A stretch of 64,000 bases of DNA, from NCBI RefSeq assembly GCF_006345805.1, contig NC_043001.1, positions 55,118,001-55,182,000 of the forward strand, in the 5' to 3' direction. How positions within the stretch are numbered: position 1 is the first letter of the stretch; each line of letters starts with the position of its first letter. Shown in pieces: positions 50,861 to 64,000 of the stretch. Position numbers and translations under genes: made by a program. The notes under the pieces are model-generated. The model was not told the origin of the DNA, did no database searches, and saw only the letters and a program-made list of their open reading frames with translations. The DNA comes from Octopus sinensis (taxonomy: Eukaryota).

Positions 50861-51440
50861 GTTGAGGAGGAGAAGGAAGATACATGAATAAAAATGTAAA
50901 AGAAAAGAGAACCGATAAAAAAAAAACAATACAAACAAAATATTCAAATATCCTTTATATTTTGATTTCCTGATGTATGAAATGTAGGGTTAGCAATAGT
51001 TTCTCTTCCCCACCTCCCAGTTCTTTTCTGTCACTGCTTCCATAATCTAGATTTTTACAGCATTATGTGAAAATGTCATACATGGTTTTTTGAGGGGAAG
51101 TGAGGGGTATGGAATCTATAGAAATCTATTTCACTATTCATCTTTCTGTTGCTTCTAGACCCATTATTCACATTGTATCGTTTCTGTTTTCAATGACAGA
51201 TAACAGAGCCAGATAAAAATAAGCAACCACCACCACTACAAACACCACAAGCAGCAACCCCTCTATACCAGCATTCCCCTAAACATCAACACCACCACCA
51301 CCATCACTAGCACACCTGATATGTTACTACCACTACCAAACAACATCACCAGTACACCTGACATCCTCATTACCACCAATATCAAAAGCACACCTTTAAC
51401 ATCACCACTGCAACCAGCACCCCAGATGATACAACCATGA

Positions 51441-51667
51441 CGAGCTGGCAGAAACGTTAGCACGCTGGGCGAAATTCTTTGATATTTCATTCGCTGCTGC
51501 GTTCTGAGTTCAAATTCCGCTGAGGGCAACTCTGCCTTTCATCCTTTTGGGGTCGATAAATTAAGTCCCAGTTACGCACTGGGGTCGATTGTAATCGACT
51601 TAATCCGTTTGTCTGTCTTTGTTTGTCCCCTCTATGTTTAGCCCCTTGTGGGCAATAAAGAAATAAG
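51441..51667 (+). mobile_element. Young SINE copy, same subfamily as 49772-49980
   Basis: GAGCTGGCAGAAACGTTAGCACG...GGGGTCGATAAATTAAGTCCCAGTTACGCACTGGGGTCGAT...CCTTGTGGGCAATAAAGAAATAAG. Confidence 0.85.
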
Positions 51668-52707
51668 ATGATACAACCACTAGTCAGACAACCTCCACAT
51701 TATCATTTCACCTTCTACATATAAGTGAAGCTATATCAGACAGTCTTAGATCCTCCTAAAATGGCAAGATGGTCAGAGTTATAATGTCTCTCAACTTAAA
51801 TTTGCTTGATCAGGACAAACTTAGGGCTTAAACCCAACCATAACAACCATCAAGCTGTGGAGCCAATATGTTTTTGCAATATCTTTTAGAAATAGCAGCC
51901 AACTTTCCCTCAAACCACATTGTAATGGCTTAAAAAAAGGACGTAGTAATGTAGTCTGGGGTACATGCCTAGAATGCTTTTGATGAAGGACTACCTGGAT
52001 AAAAAACAACAACAACACTTAAATGACAGAGCCTTTACGTAAGTGTGCTACAATATGGGCTAAAAGAAAATGGGCATTCCCTGGGGACTTCAGTATTGCT
52101 CAGTACTATTGGAGGAAATGAAATAACAAGAAATCACCTTCAAATCCCAGCCTACCATCTTAAATACAAGAAGGGGTAATGTTGATTATATTCCATATAA
52201 AAAAAAGATGGAAAGGTCATGTCGGGAATGCCTTTAATTATAGATCCCCTGAATCAATTCAGAACTTGAGGTCACCTGCAATAATCACAACTAGCATATC
52301 TGCCACTCCACTACATTTTCCTCTTCCTGTAAAGTTTGATTTTTTAAATTATTATGTTTTATTTGGAGGCAGTGAGCTTGGCAGAATTGTTCACATTCTG
52401 GGCAAAATGCTTAGCAGCATTTCATCTGTCTTTATGTTCTGCATTCAAATTCCACTGAGGTCAGCTTTGCCTTTCATTGTTTTGGAGTTGCTGGCCTTGT
52501 GCCAAAATTTGAAATCCTTATATTTTATTTATTCAAAGTAGACACAGGACTAAACAACTTCTATTGGACAGAAGATAGCAGAAAATGAGCCAATTATTTT
52601 TGACCTTGCTGTTTAATCCCAAGCTAATCCTTATTTGGTAAGACCTATGATTAAATTTGTTTGCAGTTATGACATGATCTTTATTCACAGTAGGTTTCAT
52701 CTCTTGA

Positions 52708-52921
52708 CCCTTTAGCATTTAAACCAGCCATATCCAATCCAAATATTCTACCTGCTTTATGTTCAGACTGGCTAGATCTGGCTTCTGACACCTACCTTAC
52801 AATGTCATTCTAAAAAACAAACAATCACATCATTGAAATCTCAAAGCTATGAGATAAAGCATGATTAATTCAAAACAATATGAATAAATAAGCATTATAT
52901 TTGATAGAGTAATCTAAAGGG
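52708..52921. mobile_element. piggyBac-like MITE family of about 210 bp; other copies at about 1-148, 8925-9118, 16102-16321, 31103-31303, 57684-57904
   Basis: Ends CCCTTTAGCAT ... CTAAAGGG|TTAA. The shared interior (cagccatatcc, aaatattctacctg, ctcaaagcta, tgattaatt, aataaataagcatta) is seen in six places in both orientations. Confidence 0.75.
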
Positions 52922-55900
52922 TTAATATTGTATTGACTAAGATATAAGATGTTATACTCTAGCTTGTTTATTGAAGGATCTCATACTTTAGGCAGACAAA
53001 TGATTATGAAGCTCAGTTTACAATCATGAGGCTTCTAGTTCAATCCCACAGTGTGATATTTCAGGTAAGTGTCATTTCCTATAGCTTTGAAGAAATCAAT
53101 CTTTGTGAGTAACATTGCATAGACTGTATTTATAATTCAAAGTCACATAGATCCTGCCTGAGAATCACATCAAATGGCTAAGGATTCTAAGCAATTGTGG
53201 ATAAAGTCCTGAACTATCTGTTCATGAATTCAAATTCACTTAGATGTTTCATCGTGTATCTGGGTCAGGACACTTTATTAAAATTTACTTTCAGTTCACC
53301 TAAGACTTCAGAACAGGCAGTAGATAAACTTGGAATGTCTGAGATAGACTAGCATCCTACTTACTGAGAAGGATATTTATCTTTAATCACAATGTTTCTG
53401 GAGTAGACTGTTTTACTCTGTGTTACCTCAGTTCCCCCACACTTTGAGGATAGGAACCAATTCAGAAGGGAATATTAAGTGTTAATGACTGACATTCTAT
53501 CTAGTGGGAAGATTTGTTTCATATCTGCTTAATGTCATGAAACAAAGTCTGTTAAAAGCACCTCTGGGTATAGGTTGTATTTGTATTCCTACTTTACAAT
53601 TTGATATAGATGGGTAGATAAGAAATATATTTTTTCACAGGCCAACAGAGGATGCTCTTTTGTGGTAACTCAACCTCCCAGAAATAAAAGTCAAGGATCC
53701 CTCAGATTAAGAGAAAATGAAATTGCCTAATGTGATACTAAATATACTATAGCTGAAAAACTCTAGAACACAGATTCATTTGATTGGAGGTGAGCTGGAA
53801 TTAAACAAAAACATTGTTTCCTGTTTTCTATGAAATTAACAAAAGAGAACAATTAAGCTTTAGCTTTAAATCAAAGATGATGGTTTGTAATAATTAAGTA
53901 GTCTAATTAAAAAGCCATATTGAAAATTATAAATGATGGCGGTGTTATAAGACTTGCAAGGATACAGAATCATTTAATATATAAGTAAAGTTCAGTTCTT
54001 AAAAGATAGCATATTGATATTTGTTGCTGCTACTGCTAAAAGAATGACAGTTCTAGGAAACACAACAAATTTCCTAAATGGCAGCAAGCTTAATCATTAA
54101 ACCCTTGAAATATACTGGTACCTCTAAGTCAATCACAATGTGATATCTCCTAACACAGCATTTTTTCTAATGGTAAAATTTGATATTAATCATATTAATC
54201 TTTATCTTGGTACCCCTCTTCACCCAGATTGCTCATAGTAAAGTGTTCATATTTAAATTAAAATCTCAATCAAAATCTAATTAGAATATGAATAATGAAT
54301 TTTCAATCAGTTAACACTAGTCTAATATACACTCATCATCATTGTTTTAATGTCTACTTTTCCATGCTTGTATGGGTCAGACGAAAAACATTAAGGCAGA
54401 TTTTCTTGTTGCAAACCCTCATTGCTTCATAGAAAGACTAAAGCTGAAATCATGTGATTGTAAAGTGAATGCACACCATTTTACTAAACACCTCCAAAAT
54501 CTAGTTCGAAGGATAAAGAACAATACTCTTTTTCAAGATTTCCGAAACTGGTGGAAATAAATTATTCCCAGACTGGATACCTGATAATCTGAAATGGTTT
54601 TCTATCAGTCACTGACTAAATGATAGAAAGAATCTATGTTGCTGTTGAGTTCCATCACAAGCAGTACTTGATTAAAGAGTGTTCTGACCATGACCTTCCA
54701 ATTTAAATTCTTTTTTTAATATTTTCTTCAGATGAGTGGTGAGCTGGCAGAATCATTATCACACCAGGCAAAATGCTTAGTAGCATTTTATCCATCTTTA
54801 AGTTCTGGGTTTGAATTCCACTGACTTTACCATTCATCCTTTCAGAGTCAATAAAATAAGTACCAGTTGAGCACTGGGGTTAAAGTAATCGATTTTCCCC
54901 CTTCCCAAAAACTGCTGGCCTTGAGTCAGAATTGAAACCATATTTTCATTAAATGGAGGGCATCTAAATTTACACTACAGGATGTTGCTTTCCCACCCAC
55001 CCCAAAGATCCTAGGGCATGATTTGAGGAATATTTGGTTGAATGCTATTTCTAGTAGGTCATGTATGCAACAATAAAAGGGTTCGCTTGCTGATGATTTA
55101 AGAAAGGATGTATCATTGTGATTGTTTAGCTCCAGATCAGCTCTGATTAAGGCAGAACCATGACCATTATGGTTTTTTTTTATCAAAGATAGTGTAATGA
55201 GGGCAACATCATCTAATGCAACCTTCTTTTAATTTCAAGATGGTAGGGTGTGATTTGGCTGTTTTTTTAACAGGTCAAACAACCAGAGAGAACCTTCTTT
55301 TATTTAAGAAATAATCTATTCTTTAAGTAGTTTCAGTAGAGGTAGCTCTACTACTACTGCTATCTCCAACATATTTCAGTTGGATTTTATTCACTGTGAA
55401 TGAATGTCTTATGCAAAAATAAATTACCAATGGTGATATCAGAAAAAAAGAAATATTTATTAAAAGTGTTTCTTTGATGGCTGTAGATTCAATATGTTAT
55501 TGTTCTCTTACAAAATATTTTCTCTTGACTCAGCAGATTTTTTTTACTACCCTCCTTTTCTCTGCTTTATTTTTTCCTGTCTAAATCCAACCTTCCACTT
55601 CCAGTTTCTATTGACATGTTACAGCATTTAAAACATGTCAGCATGTGCTGAGCTGAAAATTATGGATGACAGGGCTAGCAAATATGCTGAAGGCTCTTCT
55701 TGCATAGCATATTTTGATTAAAGAGAGTGTTTTCTACAAATCTACATTAGAATAGTTGGTCTTTTAACTGTGCCAAGCATCAAAGGTGTAAAATGTTTTA
55801 AAGTTCTTTCCGATAATTAGGGTTGATGGCAAATTCAGTTAAGTTGAAAGAATGGCAAAAGGAACCATCAAGATCATGTGACAGATTCAGCTGAAGAATA

Positions 55901-56471
55901 GATAAACCATTTTCACACAAAGGAAAATGGAAATATATAGTTTAAGACTTAAGATTCTTCAACAGATATTTTTTCAGTTTCTGCAGATGCAAGACATGCA
56001 TAAAAATTTGGTAGAATTACGTTAAAAATAAGCATGTTATTTAGTAAATACTTGGACAATTTTTATATTCTTTCATGGGTTTCAGTCACTGGATTGAGGC
56101 CATACTGGAACACCACCTTAAAGGATTGAGTTAATTATATTAACCCCAGTACTTAGTCTGGGACTCATTTTAGGGATTTCTATTCATTAAAGTGTATATT
56201 TTTTATCGATATTTGGTAGAAGTAACAGTGTCTCAAGGGCCAAGAGTTTCATGTGTTAGCACTTAACAAACTAACACACAAAACTCTTGGCCCTTGAGTC
56301 ACTTGGTTACTTCTGCCAAATATTATTATTGTTGTTATTATTATTAATATTATTATATATACATACACACACACACACACTTGTGTTTTGAGTTCTTTTT
56401 TTCCTGTCTGCATTGGCAAACCTATTTATTGAAGTTTTCCTGGCTTAAGTTTCATATCTATGTGTGTGCGC

Positions 56472-56473
<2 letters not shown>

Positions 56474-56545
<72 letters not shown>
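56474..56545. repeat. (AG)n microsatellite
   Basis: Seen directly. Confidence 0.97.
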
Positions 56546-56546
<1 letters not shown>

Positions 56547-57312
56547 TGTGTGGCTGAAGGCGACCTGAGGTTACAGCGATTTGAAAGAGATTTAGCTGTT
56601 ATTTTCAGCAGGCTGAGTGATCAAGCAGAGGCTCTCTCATAAGACTGAAGAGTTTATTTTCTTTCTCCTTCTATCCAACATCTGATCTTCTAAATATATT
56701 ACCCCACCTTTAAACATGATGATAGAAATGTAATGTGAAGCTACATCTCCAGTTACCTTTCTATTAAAAAATAGAAAGAATTAATTAATAGGGTTACAGC
56801 TAAATGCTTACTTTAAACATTGCAATCTAAGTTGTAGGGGTGTTGGTAGAGGAAGAAGGAAGAAGGGACGTTAATTTTACTTGTCTCATTTTATAAAACT
56901 GAAGCATTTTTTTTTTTTTTGCTGAAACATATTCTTATTCCTCATGATTAATATTACAAACTAAATTCACCATTAAAATAGTTCTTTCTTTATTGAAGAT
57001 ATGTCACGCTGACATTATACTGGAGGTACAAAAGGCCAAATAATTTAATAAAAGAGATATACTGCTCCATTGGTAAGTAGTTTTGATTGAGTAACTAAAC
57101 TCCATTTTGCATGTTTCTGAAACAATTTGGTAATGAATGAGTTTCTCATTAATGTCCTAAAAATACAGAAATTATCTGACTTGTTTATGTTGGTGTTAAT
57201 GAAAGTAGAATCAATAATATACTGGGTTTAAGTGCTGAATATTTTGCCAGAGGAGAAAGTCTTGTTTAAGAATGACAGAGCAATTAAGAATAAGTACTAG
57301 ATCTTTAGGGAG

Positions 57313-57660
57313 TGTTACCTACAATATACTAGTGATGGTTAGGATGTGTGAGCTCATATATTGTTACTTATAGTATCCTAGTGAAGGTTAGGATGAGTGA
57401 GCTCATATGTTGTTACCAACAATATACTAGTAAAGGTTAAGATGTGTGAGCTCATATATCGTTACCAACAATATACTAGTGAAGGTTAAGATGTGTGAGC
57501 TCTTATATTGTTACCAACAATATACTAGTGATGGTTAGGATGAGTGGGCTCATATATTGTTACTTATAGTATACTAGTGAAGGTTAGGATGAGTGAGCTC
57601 ATATAATTGTTACCTATGATATACTAATGAAGGTCTTAGTGGTTAGGATGTGTGAGCTCA
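57313..57660 (+). repeat. 49-bp minisatellite, about 7 copies
   Basis: Unit TGTTACC(T/A)ACAATATACTAGTGA(T/A)GGTTAGGATG(T/A)GTGAGCTCATATAT, starting at 57313, 57362, 57411, 57460, 57509, 57558 and 57608. Confidence 0.92.
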
Positions 57661-59890
57661 TGGTCATAAAGTTGTGAGTTTAATCCTTTAGCATTCAGAT
57701 TACTTTGTCATATGTAATATTTTTTTGCATTGTTTTGAATTAATCATGTATTATCTTGTAGCTTTGAGATTTTGACAATGTGATTGTATAATTTTTAGAA
57801 AGAATGATATTGTAAGGTTAGCATTAGAAGCCAGATCTGGCTAATTTGAACATAAAACAGGTAGAATATTTGGGCCGGATATGGCTGATTTGAATACTGA
57901 AGGGCTGATCTTTGGAACAGGCAGCTTGTTGATCAAGGTACCTCATTTCACACTGCTCCAGTCTGTGTACTCAAAGACATGAATCTGGCTGCTAGTGTAA
58001 CTGTTTCATTCTCTAGTAGTTACATCCTCAATGTTCCTGCTGGGTCAATGGTAGTAGGTTGAAAAGATGTCTATGTCTGCTAACAACTGTACAAGTATCT
58101 AAAGCAAATTACAAAATCATGGTACAAGCTAGCAGGTCATACTTACTTGCAAGTAACAGATAAGTACTAGCAAGCTGCCCATAGAGGAAATTTATGTCAA
58201 TAGCTTAAAGCCATGAAATTGTATCTTATGTATATATACCACCAGAAAGATGAAAGGCAAAGTTGTGGGGTCAGTGGGGTTTGAACTTAGCAAGGAAAGG
58301 AAAGAAGCTAATGTTTAATGCTCTTTTAATTCTGCCACTTTCTTGAAAAATAGGGATAATGGTAGCCAATTGGAGAAATGAGCCCAGTGAGTTGGAGTGG
58401 TTGCTGCAGCAAGTGTCACTGACCATTCTCTGCAGCAACGCCATTGAATCATTACTGTGTGGTGGAGATGAGCACCCAACTTGTTCTGGAATATGTGGCC
58501 CATCACATCCCCCTCTCTTTCTTCTGCTGCTTTATCCCTCCACCTTTTTTATTTTTTGTTTCTTTTCCTTTCTTATCTCTCTATTTTCTTATTTCTTTGC
58601 AACTAAAACTTGATAAAAGACAGAAGCTTAGACAGCTGCTTCTATATTGATATTCCTGGCCACAGGCATATCTCCAGTGTGGATAAGTTTGTAATTACTT
58701 AAGAGACATGTTGAATGGGGAAGCAGATCAGACTTGATGACAGAGGCTAGAGTGAAATGTACATAGAAGAAATTCCAGGAACTTAGTGACATGCTAATGA
58801 AGAGGGTAATGTTACTCAAAATGCATGTGTGAAAAGTGTTTTGTTATAGGAGAGAGAGAGAGTTGGATGAATGTAGCACAGTAGTAAAGGTTGAAAATTG
58901 AAACAAGAATAATTCAGAGAGGAAGTCAAACAATGAATTGTAGAAAATGATGAGAACAAAGCCAGATCATGTTGAGGAAGGTTGAAAGATTTCTGTCACT
59001 CTTCTCCGCTCTGGAGAGCAGTGGTAGAAATCAATGCGGAAGTAGAGGAAGGGGTGAACCAAGAGAAATATGGTTAAAGTTGATGAAGGAGCCAAAGAGG
59101 GCAAGGGATGAGTGAGAGGGCATTAAGAAGATATGGAAAAATGGAGAAGATTACCTTGGAACCCAGCAAGGTTAACCTCCTGTTTTAGCTAGGAAAATAG
59201 TCTTAAAATCCATGTGATTGTTGTATTTACAAACACACACACACATATAGAGAGAGGGTGTAGAAAGTCATTATGTTTCCAATAAAACCAACTGCAAATA
59301 TTGTGGAACTTTCCACATGGAATCATTGACATGCTAGCATTAGAAATGAAGGTGTGCTGAAACAATTGTAACTAAAGAGAAAGATGTACTAAAATTTATT
59401 CTTTATCTGCTGCACACCCATACACATACATATTTGTATATTCACACACACACACACATGCTTACATACATATATTTTACAAATTTACATTCCTTTTTAT
59501 GCATGCATGACTAAATAGATGGTTTATTTGATGGAGAAGCTGTTTTTACAATTAAATGCCCTCTCTACTGCCCACAACACAGTTCTGAAATTAATGTTGA
59601 ACCCTCATTTTTGTTCAGTCAAGCAAACTGGACACTACAGAATTCTTTCTTTTCTTAGGAGCACAACAGAATTGTTGCTTTAAGATTTGAATTAATGGCC
59701 ATACAGTTAACAATGTAGCATTTTAATGTCATAACCATTATGCCAGAATTAATGTTTTTCTAGTTTAGTTCAAAGAATCCTCTTGGTGAGACAGAACTAG
59801 CTTTGATATTTAGTTTGAATAAATGTATGTTGATGTCTAAGGAAAATTCAAATACACACACATATGTATAGCTATGTATACGTATATAGT

Positions 59891-60210
59891 GAAAGTGCAT
59901 AGCTCAGTGGTTAGAGCACCTGGCTCATAATCATGAGGTAGTGAGTTTGGTTCCCAGACCAGGCTGTGTGTTGTAATCTTGAGCAAGACACTTTATTTCA
60001 CATTGCTCAAGTTCACTCTGCCTCGAAATGAGTTGTGACATCACTGGTGCCAACCTGTATCGGCTTTTGCCTTTCCTTTGGATACCAGAAGGGAAACTGG
60101 TATGCATGGGCAACTGCTGGTCTTCTATAAACGACCTTGCCTGGACTTGTGCCTCACAGGAACTTCTTGGTGCAATCCCATGGTCATTCATGACCAAAAG
60201 GGGTCTTTGC
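59891..60210 (+). mobile_element. tRNA-derived SINE
   Basis: A box TAGCTCAGTGG, B-box-like GTTTGGTTCCC, then TTGAGCAAGACACTTTATTTCAC and a tail like 8700-8900. Confidence 0.8.
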
Positions 60211-60316
60211 CTGTTTTGTATATACATATGCATGCACTAAGCTATGTATATGTATGTTTTCCTTGATCTTAATGACTTCCCCTTCCTCTTTTGTTTTTTT
60301 TGTTTATACTCGACAT

Positions 60317-60651
60317 CAATAGTTCTCAACCATTATTATTTTATCTTTGGAACACTTTGATTACTGTTTTATCCTGGTGGACTCCCATAGTCATTCAATG
60401 TTTAAAAACGAGTATTATAGATACTTCTTTCAAAATTCCTATTTTGTCTATCACATGTTCACTTGTATAGGTTTCAGTGTCTGTGAACATGTTAAACATT
60501 AGAGTAAGAAACCAAATTGTTTCATGCAAAATTTTTTCACATACCCTTAAATACCACTGTGAATCCCCGATTTACTATCTTGTTTACATGGACCCCATAA
60601 AATTCTGTATGGACCACCAAGGGTTATATGGACCCTAGTTGAGAACCACTG
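60317..60651. mobile_element. hAT (Charlie-like) non-autonomous element
   Basis: Termini CAATAGTTCTCAAC / GTTGAGAACCACTG; 8-bp flanks CTCGACAT and CTCTACAT (7 of 8 match). Confidence 0.8.
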
Positions 60652-61553
60652 CTCTACATCTTCCTGCTTCTCTTCATTAATCCTCTAGAAATGTCACCAA
60701 CTTCTCTCCCCTCTTCCACACTATCACACCAAATACCACCGTTTTCCCCTTCATCCTCTCTATTTTTCCCTCTCACTCTAATTTATCTTCTGCAGTCATT
60801 GTCTCTCCTATTCAGTCTATTGCTCACACTATCCAAAATGAATGTAGAGCAGTGAGAACCTTCTTTTGTCTTGTGGTGTACAAAGAAGCCTCGTTAGAGT
60901 TGGTTCCACTATAAAATGCACCCAGTAATCTTTATAAAGTCGTGGCATTTGAGTGAAGACTTTGCAAGTAACTTTCTGAGGACATGACTACTCTCTAGTG
61001 CTTGTGCCATGATAAAATGCATCCAGTTAAGCCTGTGAAGGAGTTTGTGACAGGAAAGGAGTCCAATTGCAAAAAGCGTGCCAAAAGAAAATGAGCAAGA
61101 TGAGGTTCTCTACCCATACTTAGGAAACTAGTAACTTTGAAGAACTGACTCAAACCATGACAATCTGTCCAACCCCTATCAGAAAAGTGGATGTATCATG
61201 ATGATGTTGATGATGATGCCAATGTTCTTGTTGATTTCCTCCACCCTTTGAATGTTTCTCTCCAACCAACATTTGTTTCCTCTTAACTCTTCCTTATATT
61301 TTACTATTCATCACTGATAAATTTTTGTTTCAACTTTCACTACTTCTAATCTATTTTTCTCACACTCCTAGTAAATATTTAACCCCACCCCCATCTCTCT
61401 CTGATGTAGGGTTCTTCCAGAATCGTTAAAATTCTCTTCCTCATAGCAAAATAATTTATTCCATTTTATGAGTATTTTTTACTATTTGCCGACACAGACT
61501 ATCATTTGCTTCCATGGATTCTTGTGTTTCAATTGATTAGTTGTTAAAGACGG

Positions 61554-61855
61554 CAATAAAAATAAATATTGGTAATATATTGATTCAATTCTATTTTGTT
61601 TCTCTACTCCCTGAAGTAAGAAGACAATAAAAATAAGAACCATTAACAGTGACATCAATCCTAGTAATTACTTGTTTCTCTCCTCCTTGAAGTGAGAAAT
61701 CAATAAAAAAAATACCAGTAATATAGTGAGTCCAACACTACTGATTGATTGTTTGTTCCTCTACTTCATGAATAAGAAATCAATAAAAAGAAATCAGTAT
61801 TATACTAGGATCAATCTTATTGATTTACATGTTCCTACACTTTCTGAAGCAAGAG
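61554..61855 (+). repeat. Degenerate 71-80 bp tandem repeat, about 4 copies
   Basis: CAATAAAA at 61554, 61625, 61701 and 61781, each followed later by TGTT(T/C)CT..(C/T)TGAA. Confidence 0.65.
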
Positions 61856-64000
61856 ATTACCATTCAATGAAGTGAGTTAAATACAATTTTTTACACCTCT
61901 TCTATGAATGGAGTTAAACTTAGTCTAAATATATGCTGTAACTTTCTTGTGGATTTTATTGTTTGAAAGCATTAAAAAGAGAAATACATATGCAAGCAAA
62001 AAACAAATGAAATTAGTTTTCTGCTTGCATCAACTGCGATGTTTATTTTAAAAACTTTTTTTACATGTGCATGGAGATTTTTATCATGATGTTTGTCCCA
62101 AGCTAACACTACCAAAAAACTGGATACATTCAACAAAGTGTAGAATCTCAGTTTCTGTATTTTATTATAATACACACAGGGGCCATTAATGCTGTGTTCT
62201 TGAATAGACAATGAAACGTAAAATCCCAGCAGCTCATAAACTGAATAAAGATAAGTTTCTTGGCATTTATGAAACAAAACATAAGCATATCTCATTATTT
62301 TTAAAAATAAAACTTAGGTTTTTCTATAGAGTATTCTTTTACTAATCTGTTTTATTCTTACTTCAGTAAGATGGAGTAACAAACCTCTAAGATTTAGTTT
62401 TGAGTTACCATCACATAACACCATGATGCCTTATTTGTTAACCCTCTCAGACTTGTGTCCCTGTGTCTAACTTTACCCTCCACCTGAGCTCCTTAGCAGA
62501 AAAATAAGTAGTTGCATGTACAGCTTAAGAGTAATAATTTCAGGCAAACTAATGGAAAAATCACATAAAAATTCAGGAGAATAACAATAGACCTATCTCT
62601 CAACTATCAGATTTGTTCACCTGAATTGCTACTTTCCTCATCACTTTTACCATATTGATTGTCCGAATCATTCTTATTACTGGTGTAAGTGTAAACCCTT
62701 CATCTTAAGAATAAATATCATCAATAATTTCCTCAACAGCAAAGAGTCTAGGCCTTGCTCATTTACACGACAAAGTGCTGGGCTCATCATGCATTCCTTT
62801 CATCCCCCAATTTTTTTTTATTAAAAACAAAAGTAAACAGCAGCTATGGAGGACACCATTAACAATGAGTCATAAATGCACTTGATTACAAAGCTGAAAC
62901 ATGATCAGTTTAATTTTAATATTTTATCTTCATTTTCTATGCGTGCTGTTCATTATTCCTTTAGTGAGAATCTGGCAGAGATGACATTTAAGCTATTCCT
63001 GCTACAGCAGGAACTTGGCGTGACAGGGTTAACTAATTTTTAATAATGGCACAAGCTTATGTATTTTGTGGGGAGAAGTATAGTCAGTTAAATTGATATC
63101 AATTCAAATAATAACAATTTAAATTTAAACCATTACAAATTTTAGAAATTTAAACCAAATGTGAATCAATAGCATAAATTATTTGACTAATACTTTATTT
63201 CATTGATTCAAGAAGTTAAGATTAGCAGAACTGAACTTAGAGAGTAAAGGCCCATAAGTAAATACCTTATGGTATTTTGTCCTCTACTCTGTTAACTCAG
63301 TTAATGCAAAAGTCCTTTCCTTATAATAAGTAACATGCTTTTGCAATCAGAAGTTAAGGCAGATTCTTCTATTTTGACATATATGGGCATTAGCATGGCT
63401 GTGTGGTTATGTTTGCTTCACAATTTCATAGTTTTAAGTTCAATACTATCTTAGGCAAGTGTCTGTTATAGTAACATTGAATTGACTAAAGCCTTAGGAA
63501 TGAAAATTGGATGAAAAGTGTGTGGGGTTTTGTTGTCAAGGTTTCCCTTGTTCTTTGATTACAGACTTAATCTGTTGCCCTTTATAACACAACTACCAGC
63601 CTTTGGCTGTTCACTAAGTTGCAAGCACCCAGGTTAGGTCTGTGGGTTGAGAATAACTTCATTGCTTACTCTTATCAGCTATGGAATACTTCAAAGATAT
63701 CATTAGCATTTCCTACCCTCCTCTGATATAAAAAATAATTGTTAAAAATTCACAATTTTAGCAGTTTGTTCAGAGTTCAAAAATACAATATGTCACTTTG
63801 CCTTTCATGTCTTTAAGAATAGACAAAAATATACAGCAGAGTAAAATTCCAAGAAAAATATTCCACTTCTCCAATGAAAATTGGTTGTGTCAGGTGAAAA
63901 TAATGTATAACTATTAACATTGTTGTAGTGCCAAACATTGAACTTTTAAATTAATTTGCTTCATTCTTGGCAAATAAATTGTGTTTATTTCAACTTAAAA

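Noticed and set aside
51263-51529. G/V/M-rich ORF from a CAC/ACC-rich tract
   Set aside because: Low-complexity sequence fused to a SINE; no splice-phase fit to Robo.
53365-53441. Possible 77-nt minus-strand exon with a GTAAGT donor (CGGTEVTQSKTVYSRNIVIKDKYPS)
   Set aside because: Ends in phase 2, incompatible with the phase-1 acceptor at 34869, and shows no homology.
62621-62679. Possible minus-strand mini-exon SNKNDSDNQYGKSDEESSNS ending in phase 1
   Set aside because: Weak donor (GTGAAC), poor polypyrimidine tract and no Robo similarity; cannot be distinguished from chance.

Overview
AT-rich, repeat-dense animal genomic DNA, most likely octopus; this is inferred from the tRNA-derived SINE families, the RTE-type (ATG)n tails, the Penelope relics and the huge (AT)n tracts. 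The only protein-coding gene I can support is the 3' end of a roundabout (Robo) axon-guidance receptor on the minus strand. Four coding exons were found by reading splice sites: 34869-34678, 23967-23833, 18187-18002 and 7005-6701 (stop). They join in frame through phase-1 junctions and encode about 270 aa of cytoplasmic tail, with three blocks recognisably homologous to vertebrate ROBO1/2. No further Robo exon was found between 34.9 and 64 kb. The rest is intron or 3' flank filled with SINEs, RTE LINE fragments, Penelope-like relics, a dead full-length Tc1, a deleted mariner, several MITE families and microsatellites. Most ORF-track entries are repeat artefacts. Best leads: (1) the poly-His exon at the CC3 position is frame-neutral, starts with a recursive 5' splice site (AG|GTAATA) and is bracketed by inverted repeats, suggesting a splicing switch; (2) Penelope-derived palindromes carry degenerate hammerhead ribozyme folds; (3) several SINE-derived hairpins and minisatellites could make dsRNA in the Robo pre-mRNA.
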